Notes: generated from the letters alone by a model not told the origin. 64,000 nt of DNA from the human T2T-CHM13v2.0 reference genome, Homo sapiens (GCF_009914755.1 NC_060939.1); one strand, 5' to 3'; positions 1 through 13,641 are shown, counted from the first letter of the stretch. Program-made: numbers and translations.

Positions 1-1170
1 GAGGTAACCCTTAAGGTGCAATCAGCATCTCCCTGGATTCTTCTTGTTTGTCTTCCTCCACTTTCTCTTAGCCTGACATTTTTCTCAGCTCAGTTCTTTT
101 TCATGATTCCCCAATGTCCTGTGCATTGACAAGAGCCATTCCAAACATGACTTTTGAATGGGGTCTTAAATCAACAAGCGACATCTCACAATCAGGCAAA
201 CAAATTGCCCTGAGCCTCAGTGTCCTCTCCTGCAGCCTCTTTGGACACACGTTGCTGGAAGCAGTTTGATCCTCCTGCCCTCTGCTGTTGGGTGGTGGTT
301 ACCCATGCCGGGTCTCCTCCCCTGTGAAGAACAGCCTATCTAAGGTTAAGGTCAGAGTCGGGGAGTCCCCACTCACTAGCTTCCTCGTCAGGTAGGTCCT
401 GTCCACAGTCATGCTGGCCGTACACACTTCATACCCGTGTGCTCTGGGAGTGGTACTGATCATCACATGCCCACGAGAGAGGGACAGCACCCACGCGAAA
501 CAGGAGCCCGCAGACACTCAGGCTGAAGGCTCAGCCAAAGGCCCAGCTCCAAAGCCCACACTCTCCTCACAAACCTTCTTCCACTAACTTCCACTGTGAA
601 CCCAGGATCCTCCTCACCTTGGAGACTTTTGGGGGTCTCAGCCAGGGAGCAGGAATCCTGGCCTCTAAGCTTCATCACAACCCACCCTGACCTGGCTGGG
701 GAATCCTGGGAAGCCACTCGCCAAGCTTCCCAGCAGCCCACCAAGAAGACAAGACTCATTAAAATGTTTAATCCTCTGAACACCCCAAACTGTTGGTGGC
801 TTTTCCTCAATCTTACAGAAGCCATGTGTTTTGGAACTGAATTCAGGTCAGGGGTCAGTCCAGCCGCATGGACTCTCCTGCTGTGAAGCTGGGTGTATTT
901 CAGCAGTTCGATGCTGGCTGTCTTCTGCGGTCCTCATCTTCTCCTCCCTCCTCTCTGTGCACTTAGATGTACACCTTGAATAGGAGGATATCCCAGCTGC
1001 TGAGCTACAGAACGCTGGCGCCCCAGAGACTGGGGATCAGCACGCTTGACCAACAGCAGGACTCTCTCCTGAATTCTTTACTGATCCACAAAGTGACAGC
1101 TTCAAACAGACCTGTTCTGGTGTGTCCACGAAGGCCAAGTGCTGACACCCTGAGCTGGGTTGCCAGGGCA

Positions 1171-1751
1171 TGGTTAGAAATTAACTTTCATAAAAGGCTA
1201 CATCATGATTCACATACATTCATCAAATAAAACATGTTAAGAAATTTATTTAATTCATTATCAATGAGAGAACTAGTAAGATCTTACAACTAGTTACAAG
1301 GAAGGAGAATCAGACAACCCATGCGTGTGTAGGTCTGGAATAGGTAGGGGAATGTGCAGATGGAACCACGCTGGGCCCTTCCGCCGTGAGGAGGTAGCCA
1401 GCAGAGCCTCCACAGGACTGAGCTCACCTGGCTGCAATGGAGTCATCTCTCTGCATTGCTGTCAGTTGTCTGCACCTTAGCAAGTTGTGAAACAGTTCCC
1501 TTAGAACCAGAATTAGATACCCTGGAAGGCTGAGCCATAGACAGGGCACAGTTCTCCTCAAGCATGTCTTTTCTCTCCACAGCCGACAGCACCAGCATCC
1601 GGATCCTCCTGGGGCCCCAGACTCCCTCCGTCTGCAGCAGGGGTTGTGGCCAGGAGTTTGTGCCTTTCTATTTAAAAAAAAAAAAAAACTCCCAATTACT
1701 TGGATGGACACTAAATATTGGGGGAACACCTGACCTGCAATTTATATTCAC
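1171..1751 (-). mobile_element. Probable old ERV solo LTR (LTR37-like, family uncertain)
   Basis: Minus strand begins TGTGAA and ends in an AT-rich U5-like tail with AATAAA and terminal ...CTAACCA; resembles a recalled LTR37-type 3' end. No TSD identified. Confidence 0.35.
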
Positions 1752-1984
1752 AATCTCTTTTTCAATGTCCCTCTCTCTGCGAGGCCAGGTGTGCGGTGTT
1801 TTAAGAGGGTGGCAGGACAGGGATTCTGTCCCCCTCCTCAACATGGCCTCTGACCTAAGGCCTGCAGCCCCGCCAGCAGAGATAGAGATCAAGGGGCCAT
1901 GTCTCTGCAGCAGTCCACTTTGAGACTGAAAGCCTTCCTGGGGTGCACTGCTTTCGCTGATAATGTGATCAGCCAGCATTTAGT

Positions 1985-2150
1985 GGGGGCTTACTCTTTT
2001 CTAAGCCCTTTCCTTACACTATCTTATTAAATCAGCATAACATCCCTAAGAAGTGGTTATTGTTACTATTATTCCTATTTTATGGATGATGAAACTGAGA
2101 CCCTGAGAGGTAAGACAGATGGCAAAGATAAAAGTATGAATTCTATAGCA
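1985..2150 (-). mobile_element. MIR SINE
   Basis: Core 'attattcctattttatggatgatgaaactgagaccctgagaggtaag' matches the reverse complement of the MIR core. Confidence 0.75.
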
Positions 2151-3259
2151 CCAGAGCCGTCAAGGGATGTGGGTTTTCTTATTTAGATTATGTTTGTCCT
2201 GGGTGAGAAGGGCCTCCTGAGAAGATCCATATGTGCTGGGGAGAAGCAAAGGGAAGAGTCAGGAAGGGGTGGGGGGTGGGGGTCGGCAGCCAAAGACAAG
2301 CCTTTCACCCGATGCCTGGGAACACAGCCAGCTTTTCAGGGGAGGAGTCTATCCGTCTATCCTCTCTGATTATCTAATTGCTTATAAAAAGAAGACAAGA
2401 GGGCAAGAGACCATGAGCCCGGCACACCAAACAGCAATCGAGCTGCCCCACGCACACACAGTCAGAGGGAGAAGTGCCCCAGCAGCTGATCAAATACAAA
2501 TGGCACAAACACAGCAGCCAGAACACCCGCTGCCTGGCAGGCCACCCGCTCATCAAAGACCAAAAGATTCAGAGAGCCTGCAGGGTTTGAGCTATGTCTG
2601 TTTTTCCAAACAAATATCCCTCCCAAAAGCATGTCTTCCAATGACCTTCAGTTCAAATAGTGATTCAGAAGAGAAGAAAGGCTGTCAATAAGCAAAAAGC
2701 ACACTGATTCCTCCAACCGAACGCTCTCTTTCCGAGGAACCAAGGAGCGTGAATAGCAGAAGCTTGGTGCACGCGCCTCCGGAACACCTCAGCTCTCTAA
2801 GGAGCCACTGGCCTCTGTCGGAGAGAAGCTGCCAAATGCGGTTGTTCTGTGCTGAACGCAGCACCAGGGAGAGAAGGGAAGACGTTTTGCCTGCAAAATA
2901 GGCACTCAACACATTTCTGTTGGGGTAATAGGAATTTATGATAATTGGGCCTACAGGCTAATCTTTATCCTGCAGGAATTGCATAGATTACCCTAGGCAA
3001 TACTTTTGTGGAAGTGAATGGATAAAAGCTCCCTTTTTTTCAGTTCAAAAGTCAGGTTTTTATAAGTTCAGTGCTCAGACCTCTAATAGACTAATATAAC
3101 CCAAACAGAAGTCCTTTCTCCTCCGCACACAGCCTTTCCATGGCTTGTTCTTTGAGAATGTTGTTAAAGTCTAGGTGTCTGGTCTATTCTCTCTCAAAAT
3201 GCAATGCCATTAGAAGAAAGTGGTGTGGATTTCTAGCACTTTCTTCTCCAATTTGAGCC

Positions 3260-3288
3260 TATATATATATATATATATATATATACAT

Positions 3289-3319
<31 letters not shown>

Positions 3320-3355
3320 CACACATATATATATAAAGAGAAGAGAGAGAGAGAG
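3260..3355. repeat. Compound (TA)n(CA)n(TA)n(GA)n microsatellite beside an Alu tail
   Basis: Directly visible dinucleotide runs. Confidence 0.95.
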
Positions 3356-3365
3356 GTGGTGGGGT

Positions 3366-3561
3366 GAGAGCATCTTGCTCTGTTACCCAGGCTGGAGTGC
3401 AGTGGCCTGATCATAGTTCACTGAAGCTTCAAATCCCCAGGCTCAAGTGATCCTCCTTCCTCAGCCTCCTGAGCAGCTGGGACTATAGGCGTGCACCACC
3501 ACATCGAGTTAATTTTTTTTATTTTTATTAGAGATGAAGTCTCGCTATGTTGCCCAGGCTG
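3366..3561 (-). mobile_element. AluJ, 5'-truncated
   Basis: 'cccaggctggagtgcagtggc...ggctcaagtgatcctcc...gtctcgctatgttgcccaggctg'; J-type diagnostic wording. Confidence 0.85.
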
Positions 3562-3997
3562 TCAAAATATATTTTAATGAACACCATAAATGCTTTAAAT
3601 GAGCTTTAAGAATAAAAATGACTTGTAGGTGCCCTGACCCAACTGCTACCTGTTGTGGCTTCCCCTCCCCACACCTCGTACACAGGGGGCAGTAGGGGCT
3701 GTTTTGGCCGGGCGGGTAGACAAGAGACAGGACCCCAGCAGTGAGCTCGTTGCAATGGATTTGCTAATATTCTAGTGAGCAGTGCCCGTCTAGTGGAGTC
3801 TATTCACAAAACACCTTTTTACAGATGACCATTAGTGAGTTCTCATGACATCCCAGCATGTCCCAGGGTTGTGCATTTGCTCACCCACGTGTCTGAGCCA
3901 CAGCCCCCAGGGAGGGTCCCCTCCTCCCACCCGCTGCACTGCTCCCGTCGGAATTGCTCATCTACGCATGCCTTTGCTTCTTAGTATTATAGCAATA

Positions 3998-4100
3998 ATA
4001 ATAAGAGCTAGCACTTATATCAATTTAATATATCCTAGAAATATGAACATTTTGCATGTATCCATTTTAAATCCTCTAAACATCCCTTTAAGGTAGGCAA
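3998..4100 (-). mobile_element. MIR fragment (first part, interrupted by LTR)
   Basis: 'tttaaatcctctaaacatccctttaaggtagg' continues after the LTR as 'attattatccacccatttacaag...aaactgaggcacagggagg'. Confidence 0.65.
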
Positions 4101-4640
4101 TGACAAGTTTGAATTTTCTCTGCGCTCCTAGAAACCTCATGGTTAAGAAGTCCCCTGGCCTCTCCCTCATCCTTTTGTTCCCAGGAACTGGCTTACTGCA
4201 AAGATCTACCCTTCCCCATGTGACTTCACTGAGACTCTCAAATGCCCCTTTGTTTATCTGGGATAAGACCCTCATAAATGATTAGCTGGACTATGTCCCC
4301 ACTCACCAATCTGGACAAAATGTCCAATAATTTGACTTGGCCAACTGTAGTCAGGATTCTGTCCTAGGCACAGAGGCAGAACCACCCTCCTTCATGCCCA
4401 CTGAGAACATTTCCTGCTCGATTGTGGGATCACAACACCCTCTCACTCCTCCCACCATATCCTGTTCTTTCCAGCCATACCTACCCCTTCCTATTAAAGA
4501 AAATCCCTTTCTTTCTGGCCTTTGCCACACTTGCAGGTCTGATGGACGAAGCATCCCCCACAGCAACAGCCCCTCCCTCAATGGCATTGGTCCTTTTGGA
4601 TAAAGTCTCTCCTTACCTGAGTCTGGATTCCTGATTGACA
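4101..4640 (+). mobile_element. ERV1 (MER4-group; MER31/MER67-like) solo LTR
   Basis: TGACAA...TTGACA termini, 'gataaagtctctccttacct' poly(A)-signal region; clearly homologous to 63644-64000 on the opposite strand. Confidence 0.7.
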
Positions 4641-4720
4641 GTGCCATTATTATCCACCCATTTACAAGTGTATAAACTGAGGCACAGGGAGGTTCCATAC
4701 TTGCTGAAGTCCAGAACATG
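4641..4720 (-). mobile_element. MIR fragment (second part)
   Basis: 'aaactgaggcacagggaggttccatacttgc' MIR core. Confidence 0.65.
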
Positions 4721-5091
4721 CCCGTCAGAGCTGCAGCCAGCCTCGGCCCTTGTGCTGAGCTGCTCTGCTGTCACCTGGCCTGTGTGTCATCAGCCTTTCC
4801 ATCCTTCAATCAAAAGAGAGGAAACCTAGTCTATCCGCTTCAACCTCAAAAGAATTTCAGGCCAGAAATATGAGTGTGCGGCAAAGAGGCTGAATCACTG
4901 AGACCCTGGGAGGGATCAGCTCCCATTCAAATTATGAGAGCTAAAATAGAATTTGCTAATCTGAAAAAGAGATGAAAATAGGCCACCCCATCCAAAGTAA
5001 AATACTACCTTGCGTTGAGTATGTCACTTGAGAGAACTTACATTCTTGGAAACTCTTTGGGAAGATCAGTTGTTAGCAAGTGCTTTGGTTT

Positions 5092-5606
5092 CAGTGATGG
5101 TGTCCCCTCCATCAGTCAGGTTGAAACTTAATTCCTATCATGGCGGTATTAAGAAGTGGGGCTTTTGGGGAAGTGATTAAGTCTTGAATATTCTACCATC
5201 AAACATGGATTAGCACCTTATTATTTTTTCTTTTAAGTTCTGAGGTACATGTGCTGAACGTGCAGGTTTGTTACATAGGTATACATGTACCACAGTGGTT
5301 TGCTATACCTATCAACCTGCCATCTAGGTTTTAAGCCCTGCGTGTGTTAGCATCTTATTTTTTAGAAAGAGCTGGAGGGAACCAGCTTAGGCCCTTTCTG
5401 CCCCTCCACCTTCCAGCCTGTGAGGATGCAGCTGAGAGAGGAGGCCATCGATGAAGCAGCCCTCACCAGACACCAAACCTTCCAGCACCTGCTTCTCAGA
5501 CTTTACAGCCCCCAGAGCTGTGAGAGATACATTTCTGTTCTTGCAAATTACCCAGCCTCAGGTATTTTGTTATAGCAGTATTTTGTCATAGCAGCTCAGA
5601 CTAAGG
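5092..5606 (+). mobile_element. MaLR LTR (MLT1A/MSTD-like), interrupted by L1PA
   Basis: 'gccctcaccagacaccaaacc', 'aaattacccagcctcaggtattttgttatagcag', end 'cagactaagg'. Confidence 0.8.
5221..5350 (-). mobile_element. L1PA (PA7/8-like) extreme 3' end, ~130 bp
   Basis: 'ggtacatgtgc..aacgtgcaggtttgttacataggtatacatgt...ctaggttttaagccc'; flanked by a near-TSD ttagcaccttatt (5210-5222) / ttagcatcttatt (5347-5359). Confidence 0.9.
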
Positions 5607-5621
5607 TAGCAAGTAATAAAT

Positions 5622-6245
5622 ATAGTCATATGCACTATATTCAGACTCCATATTTGCAAATTGGCCTGCTCACTAGGATGTGTTTGTAGCCCCAAAAATC
5701 AATGCTGGCAGCACTTTCACAGTCTTCTGAGGACACACACAAAGTGGCAAAGAATTTGAATTGCCTAGTGGGCAAGTTCCCAGCTGAGGCAGCGCAAGGC
5801 CTGCTTTCTTGTCTCCTGCTGTAAACAAATGTCTTTTCCATGGTCTGTGTGGTGCCCTGTTTCTCGCACTTTTGTGCTTTTTGGTAGTGATTTTTCTGTT
5901 TAAAATGGCCCCAAACATAGGGATGAAGTGCTGGCTAGCGTTCCTAAGTTCAAGCCTGGTATGTGCCTCATGGAAAAAATACAAGTGTCAGACAAGCTTC
6001 ATGCAGGCACAAGTTATAGCGCTGTTGGAGGCGAGCTCAATCTTAATGAATCAACAGTATCTCTAGGTTAAATATAGTGTCTTTCCATAGAAACACACTC
6101 AAAAACGGTTATGCATTGACTGCTTGACAAAATTCTGTGACCAAAGACTTGCAGGCACCAGACCCTGTGTTTCTCTAAGAAGCAATAGTTCAGTATGGGC
6201 CAATGCAGTGTTCCAGGTAACTTCATAGAGCATAACAAGTCCCAA
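5622..6245 (+). mobile_element. MER82 (TcMar-Tigger) DNA transposon
   Basis: 'ccccaaaaatcaatgct', 'ttcccagctgagg', 'ctgtttaaaatggcccca', 'ttaatgaatcaaca', 'agcaatagttcagtat' follow the recalled MER82 consensus in order. Confidence 0.8.
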
Positions 6246-7129
6246 GAATCAAAGGAATTTTCCATATGTTTTATGGTCTTTTGTAAACTCTGACACCTCT
6301 GCTTTATGAATTTCAAGGTAACTACAAGTTTTTTACTTATCAACTACCAAGCCAGCTATTTGTGTGAGGGGAGGGAGGCTTTAGAAAGAGGTGGTGGAAA
6401 GGTGGAAGCGAGGCAGTTTAGAAGGTGCAAACCACCCCCAACTAACGCAACATTGCTCATTTTGATGCTTTGACATCTGCTCTGAGAAAGAACAGCAGGT
6501 GGACCTACGGAAGAAAAGAGATAAAAATTCTCATTCCTGCGGTTTTCTTAGTATATGATATTCATCTGTATCCCCAGTTTTTATTTCAAAGTTAATGCAC
6601 GTATTCTTAGAAACTAAATTACTTGGAAGAAATTCTGGCTACAAATATAATCCACCATGACCTCCTGTTTTTCCCAAGTGCTAGCATATTCATAGAAACT
6701 GTTACCTGCAAGAAACTCAGGTTTAGAACATAAACCCGTGTGTACACCTGTGTCCCCACATTTAACTCCCTGTAACTCCCTGGCCTCAGCTGGCAGACCT
6801 GTACAAAGTTCACCAGCTTTGCACCTGGTTGACGTGCATCTGCGAAGCCCTCACCTGTATCCTATGCCTGCCTGTCTTCTTCTTTGTGCCTACTTCCACC
6901 CATCTTTCCCCTAATACTCACACTCTGTCCCATAAAAGTGGTTTTTCTCCTGGAAGCAGCTTTGAAATCAACACCCCCCAGCTTCCAAGCATCATGCAGC
7001 ATGCCCTGCTGTGGACTGAGCTTAGGCTCTGCAAAAGAAGGTCCTGTTGCATGAGATGTAATAAAGGTGACATTGGAGTAAACAGTCATATGCTAGACCA
7101 ATTTTCTGTATATATGCTTAAGTCCCATC

Positions 7130-7737
7130 TGTAAACCAAAAATAAAATTCTAAGCCCCCCGATAGGAACAGGCCCCTCTTCTCAGCCAAGGGCATTCCAA
7201 AGTTAACCTGAAAAACTAGTTCAGGTCATAAGGGGAAGGGGAAGCCAGACATGCCTCATTATACCCTCCTCCTTTTTTGAACTACTGATAGGACAGACTC
7301 TTTAAGTCTGATAAGAAACATTCACAATCTACTCTCTCTGAAGTCTGCTACCTGGAGGCTTCATCTGCGTGATAAACCCTTGGTCTCCACAACCCCTTAT
7401 CTTGACCCAGACATTCCTTTCTATTGATTCTAAGTCTTTAGACAATAATTTAACTGTTTCAACCAACTGCCAATCAGAAAATCTTTGAATCTACCTATGA
7501 CCTGGAATCCTCCACTTCCGGTTTTCCAGCCTTTTCAGACCAAATCGATATACACCTTGCATGTACTGACTGATGCTTTATGTCTCTTTAAAGCATATAA
7601 AACCGAGCTGTAACCTGACCACCTTGGGCACGTGTTCTCAACATCTCCTGAGGGCTGTATCACAGGCCACAGGTCACTCATATTTGGCTTAGAATACATC
7701 TCTTCAATTTTACTGAGTTTTAATCTTTTCATCAACA
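7130..7737 (+). mobile_element. MER4 (MER4B-like) ERV1 solo LTR
   Basis: Starts TGTAAACCAAAAATAAAATTCTAAGCCCCCC, ends ...TCATCAACA; perfect 4-bp TSD CATC (7126-7129 / 7738-7741). Confidence 0.9.
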
Positions 7738-8667
7738 CATCTGTAAAACTTGATCCTGTCCTCTACAGACAAAATTATATCCATAACTATGAACTCCACC
7801 TAGGTTTTTACAGCATAATTTTGAAAATATTTCTATCAAACATCCTTTTAAATTTTTTTCCTTATGTCTGATCCTGTTATGCTTAGCATTTGTTCCAAAG
7901 GAACTGGAGCCAGTCAGCTCTAGTAAATTCATTTGTGCTCTTGCTTGTAAAGAAAGGGAAAAAATAATAATATTCTGTAGGCTGAAAAGAGAAACAGGAA
8001 CTACAGATACTTACATTTGCGGAGATAGCAAAGGAAAGGTTACCAACATTTATGGAATGTAATTAGGCTGTTGAGTGGATACAAACCTACCCACTCCACA
8101 GGCCATCAGTGTTGACGCTGGTCAGATGCAAGTGGAATAATTCACACCAGAGGTTTATTTCCCAAGGACAAGCTCGCCCTTCACGGTACCTTCAGGTAAT
8201 GGCCCATTAGTGGCATTCAGTCTTGGCTGAAAGGAAAAATCAGAAAGTGATGGGTAGGCAGTATTTTTCACCCAAGCTGACAAGTGGACTCAATAAATGT
8301 CTGGGAAATGCAATGGAAATTTCAAAGGAAAGACAAGTGAAGGCCAAATCTGAAATTCCAATTTGAAATTACCTAGCTGTCAAACCTGGCAGATAGTGCT
8401 TTCTCACATCGCCCTGCTAGCTCTCGGTAAGAAATCCTTTATTCCAGGAGGAAAATCACTCTTGTCAGCGTACAGGGCTCTCAAGTTCTTGTGCTTTTCT
8501 GCAGCGACACCTAAGACTGGCACGCAGTGGAGCGTCCACTGCAGGTGGCTTTGAGGGGCTTCTCTATGCACTTTCAATGTGTTTTCAGAGGCCACTCATA
8601 GCCGGTCATAAACTGTGAGATGCTAGAAAGTTACTGAGAAGCAGAGCTAGGATATCCACCAAGGCAG

Positions 8668-9252
8668 TGTTGGGCTGAGAAAGTGATTCCCTGAGGACCA
8701 GTGCTTTGACACTGAGAGGCCTTAGAAGCTGCCTCAGAACCAAAGTCCCTCTAACCTTGTCTGGTCCTCCATCCCTAAGCACAGGGAGGGCCTCCCTCTG
8801 CAATTTCTTTATTTGACCAAAAAAGCTTCTTTCCAAACAATGCAATTGTCTTAAACCCCCTCCCTAGGGATTTATCAAATAACCTAGAAAGATCAACCAT
8901 CAAAGGAGAAGAGACTGGGAGTCCTCCCTGCTCCTAGACAGACTTAACCATCTATTCTCCCGAAGGAAGCTCTTAGAGTCTAACTGAAGGAATTTATCTG
9001 CATAAAACAACCCTCGTTCTTATGAGTCATTGTCTGAGTATTGCGCCTATTCATTCCCCCAGCTTCCCTTCCCCTATAAGAAAAGGTAAATAGGTTCCTG
9101 CAGCATGCTGGGTTACTGGGGGATCATTCTCCTGAGACTCCCCATGCTGTACATGTTAAAATTTTGTAGATCTTTGCTTCTACTAATCTGTCTTTTGTGA
9201 GTTGATTTTCAGAAAACCTTCAGAGGGCAGAAGTTTTCCTTTGGCCCTTACA
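8668..9252 (+). mobile_element. MER39/MER34-like ERV1 solo LTR
   Basis: 3' end 'taatctgtcttttgtgagttgattttcagaaaaccttcagagggcagaagttttcctttggcccttaca' is typical of this group; TG...CA termini. Confidence 0.75.
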
Positions 9253-10231
9253 GTGAATTTCCAGTACACGGGGTGTGGCCAGGTCCTGCCAGCGTGGAGG
9301 GTGCTGTGAGGCCAGGCCTGCCACCCAGCCCCGCTCTCCCTGGAAGAGCACGAGGACCTGGGCTTCCCTCTGACCCTCCTACCCCTGGTCCAGTGTGCCA
9401 GATGCGTTGAGCTTGGAATAGTAAAACTGGAGTGATCAATAGACCTACCTGGCATGGGTGCAGGTTCAGTCAATTCACTCAAACACCTCAAAGTGTTCGT
9501 GAGGTGGGCGTGACTTGGAGGAGTTTGGGAGGCTGGAGGGGGTGTGGACAGGGGCAGCCGCAAGAGCTGGGGCGGGGGCTTTAGACTGTGTCTGGCCAGG
9601 GAGAACTGCATCAAATGCAGACGTTCGACAGGTAAAATTGATACACACTGTTTTGATGGGAAGAGTGCAGGGAGCTGGCCACCCCCTGCCTGGCCACCCC
9701 ATTGCTCTCCACAGAGCCCAGGGCTCTCAGCACACAGCATGACCAGTGTGGACCTCCACCACATTCCCATCTGGCCAGAAGCATGGTCTTGGACCTCACA
9801 TACATCCCTGAACTTTGGTCTTTGGCCATTACTGACCATTGAGTCTACTTGTCCTTCCTTTTCTGGCCAGCCCAGGAATCACAGAGAGAAATCCAACTTC
9901 TGCCTCTTTTCCAGAGAATCCCTGCAGATGCCCTCCCCTCCCATCTAGTTTAATAACACGGAGTTGGGCAGGACACTATTAGGGGAGTGTTCTCCAGAGT
10001 GGAGTGCTGGATCCCAGGGAGGTAAGACCACTCACTCAGTGGGACATTCCTGCTTATGAGAAATCTGGTCACAATAGCATATGTTTATAATTTGTAAACA
10101 CGTGCATATGTGTGAATTAAAGGCTCATTGTCAGAAACAGTTTACAGGATGTACAGGTGCATTATCAGGCATGCCTGATCAGAAGAATCTAGATGCTACT
10201 GAATCAAATCACATTGTATCTAGTGTTATAT

Positions 10232-10330
10232 GTGTCTTGTGTCCATTCGGGTTCCTATAACGAAATTCCATAAGCTGGGCAGCTTATAAGCAACGGAAAT
10301 GTGTTGCTTACAGTTCTGGAGACTGGAGAA
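10232..10330 (-). mobile_element. MLT1 LTR fragment
   Basis: 'gtccattcgggttcctataac...cttacagttctggagactgg'. Confidence 0.7.
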
Positions 10331-10384
10331 TCATAGTTACAATTTCTCAATCTCTGTCTGTATTATCCTCTATTTAAACACCTG

Positions 10385-10508
10385 CTTCCTCCCCCAGGCT
10401 GTGAATTCCGTGAGGTGGGGTCATTGATTTTGCTCCATGTCATGAGCCCCTAGCCCACACCTGGCATGTCGTGGTGTCCATATAAACACCTTGGAAATGG
10501 GTGAATTT
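10385..10508 (+). mobile_element. L2 3' end fragment
   Basis: 'ggctgtgaattccgtgagg...cctagcccacacctggcatg' follows the L2 3' tail pattern. Confidence 0.55.
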
Positions 10509-11049
10509 GCCGTGTGTGAAAAGCTTTAAGTGTTTATAGCTGCCATAAGCAATGACTGGTTGGTGAGCAAAATTCAGGTTCCACATTAGAAGAATAGAAA
10601 CCAGCTATCTTTATGGTCAGCATCTAGTGGTATTAAATTAAGTTTCCTGGTTAACACTTGGGTCAACAGGAGAATGAGAAGGCAGAGTAGGTCCAGAGAG
10701 GGACTCGAGGGCAGAGGCAGATATGGGCCTCCCAGTTCCAGACACTCCTGTAGATACTAAGGATACAAGCTTGTCCTTCAGGGGTTCACAGTCTAAGATT
10801 CCAAGACTGTCCCAGTGATCTTCCATTGTGGTTCTATTTGTCTATGTATTTCCCAGCTAGAAAAGCCACCTGCTATTTTCCAGTATGAAGGTCCTTTTTC
10901 AGAATTTATTTCTGGTTCTTCCTAGAGTTCGGGTCTCTCAAGTAACAGATGTGAAATACAAATCACTGGGCTAGAGCCTAACCAGCTGCATCACTCTATA
11001 CAGAGACCTGGGGCTAGATGGGTGAAGGTAGTGGGGCTGGCATTACACG

Positions 11050-11180
11050 CCATCTCATTTAAGCATCATGAGAACCCTCAGGAGCAAATGCTATTTTTAT
11101 CATCCTTATTACATATTTTAGAAATGGAAGCCTAGAGAAGTTAAGTAACTTGCCTGAAGTCTCTCAGTTAATATAGATGA
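11050..11180 (-). mobile_element. MIR SINE
   Basis: 'tctcatttaagcatcatgagaaccct...agagaagttaagtaacttgcctgaagt'. Confidence 0.75.
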
Positions 11181-11379
11181 TGGAGCCATCACTTTTCCTT
11201 CGTCTACTTCAATCCGAGTTTAGGACTTGCCCACTTCAATATACTGCTCAGCATCCTAGGTACTGAAGTGACCTAAGTTCACACAGTGGTATCAGGATTG
11301 CATGGCATTTTACACCCAAGCATGACTCTGTATTATCGAGGTGCAGTAGGCATCACTAATGCTCACCAGCATCAGGTAA

Positions 11380-11750
11380 TGCTCACCAGGCACACGCCAA
11401 GGCTCTTCTTCTTTCCCTCTTTTAGACTCTGTTGTGTCATATGATTTGCTTTGACAGATAAGGTGTGAGCCGAAGTACTGTGCATCATTTCTGCATAGTT
11501 CTTGCCAACTATAGAGATTGCAAGTCCATGCCATCTCTTGCCAACCATATTGACTGAGGAAGGCATATGTTCCGGATAATGTCATAACAGGGTCACTGAA
11601 TCACTGCAGAGATAACAGCATCTTAGAGAGTCACACAAACCCAACACAACTTTTGTTTGGGTGAGAAATGCCTTTTGTTTTCCCCATGGAGCCACTGGGT
11701 TTGGGTTGCTTGTTGCCGCAGCATTGCCAATCTTATATTGACTGATAGGT
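11380..11750 (+). mobile_element. MLT1J/K-like MaLR LTR
   Basis: 'gtcatatgatttgctttgac...gtgtgagccgaagt' and end 'ttgcttgttgccgcagcattgccaatcttatattgactgata'. Confidence 0.65.
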
Positions 11751-13641
11751 TGGCTTCCCATCCACAATGGTCACAGCGTTGTCTTCCCAATTTTTCTCTG
11801 GCTTGACTACAAGTGTCCACTCAGACTTCAGTGAGCACTCCCAATACGCAATGCACCATTTTCATTCTTACTTCATGAATTTTAAGTAGAAAAATTCACT
11901 GGAGTGCTTGAGGAAAGGAGAGTTAGGTTTCAAGATGATTTTATGCATTTAAGTGGGATTCAGTGCCAGTGAATAAAATAAACAACCAAGTGAATCCCAG
12001 GAATCCGCCTCATGATGGCCTCGGGCTGCACTAACCCTAAAACAATACAGACAGAATATGGAGGCACGATACAATCTGGGTTCCTGTAACTTACCAGAAA
12101 ATGTAAGTTGCAACTGCACATGTCACCTGGAGCTATTCAAAGATGCAGCCTTTTCAACATTCATATGTTACTCCTTAAGTTTCTTGAAAATATTTCCAGT
12201 CTGCAGGAATCATGTCCCAGCTAGGAAGCAAGGGAGATGTCCTCCGTGGGGGGCTGTAGTCTCCGTGCCTGCATGGGGCTTGCTCTGTGTTCTGTGAGTC
12301 TTCTCCTCTGGCCATCTCCTGCCATGAGGACCACACTGAAACTGACAACCCTGCCCTTGCAAAGTGCCCTCCAATACTCAAGACTTTCACATCTTCGTCT
12401 TAGAACATACTACGGCAATTGTTCTTCTTCTTTGTTCTAAAGGATCTCTAGGCCTTCCCTTAGTACAAAATTACTTTTCTGGTCAACACATTCTGCCCTG
12501 GGGCTTGTTCTTTCAGGCCTTTGGACTCATTTGCCCTATCTTTTCTGTGGATTTGGAATAGCAGTTGGTCATTTCATCCGTGTTTTACCCCCTCAGATAG
12601 TTAGAATGCTTGCTCAGGTGTGCAGATTCCTCTTCCTCTAGCCAAGATGAATTTTTCTTGTTTAGGAGATTTCTTAGTTCTCACAGACTTGGGGAAGGAC
12701 AGACCTGTCCCAGGTGAGCAAGCCTTTGGTAGGGACATGGATAGAGGTGTGCTGGCTGCACACCTGTGCCTAGGGTCCCATAGAGACAGCTGATCCCCTG
12801 CCAACCTTGGGCAATACCCTGGCCTGGACCAGCTGCAAGACAGCAGCCTGGAGAATGGGGCCTGAGAGCAAGGAAGCTGGGGAGGCAGGAAGGAAACAAG
12901 CCCAGTCCCAGCCCATCCCAATAGTAATGCTGCCTCCTGTCGGGGAGGATGGTTTCAGACAGCCAAGCCTAACTCCTCCAGAAGAGACGGATGACATTTC
13001 TCATGCAGTGATGTCAGGAAGCTCACAGCAGAGAGGGGCTCCCAAAGCGCAGCCCAGCAAATGCCCAGCCTCTGCCTGGGAGTGGAAGACAGGCAGTGGG
13101 TTCCTTGGCCCACTCCCGCTGCAGGGGAAAGATGTCACCACTCTTCCCAACACACCTGTGGATTGCTAATGCCAGCTCTGCTGTGATCCTCAGCCAGCAC
13201 CTGGAATCTGGGCCTCTTTCCCTCCACCTTTAGATGCCAGGCACACACCCAGCTTGCAGTTTCCCCTCCCACTAACTCCCTCCGAGTTCTCGACCACACA
13301 CTGCCTCTTCTGTGCTCTATCTCACCAGGTGTGGAATGCTGTCCTTTCCTTTGATTTTATTTAATTTCCCCTTCACCATCACAAGAAAAATCACCTAAAT
13401 CCTTGATGTATGTAGTCAATTTTTATACTTTACAGCAGATCTGGCAGCTGGGGATACCTATTAAATCACACACTGGTCATACTTCTTCTATGTTACACAC
13501 TGGTCACACTTCTTCTAAATGCCATTTCAACTCTCTTAATCATCTCTTTCTCTTCCTCCCTCTCTTCCACTGTCTCCAATTTCTGATTTATTACAGAATA
13601 AATTAATTCTGCAATCCCCTCCTCCCCTAGAAATATATTTG

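Noticed and set aside
299-820. Possible old ERVL LTR (also 54720-55260 and 12600-13100)
   Set aside because: LTR-like feel only; I could not match a family or TSD.
3676-3696. CTCF-like AGGGGGCAG
   Set aside because: The 5' part (TACAC) does not fit the CCASY core.
9183-9839. Longest ORF in the track (218 aa, minus strand)
   Set aside because: No recognisable domain, ends inside an LTR, and GC-rich DNA gives overlapping ORFs on both strands.
13467-13517. Short tandem duplications (also 33527-33553, 39825-39860, 41390-41460)
   Set aside because: Ordinary slippage duplications with no further structure.
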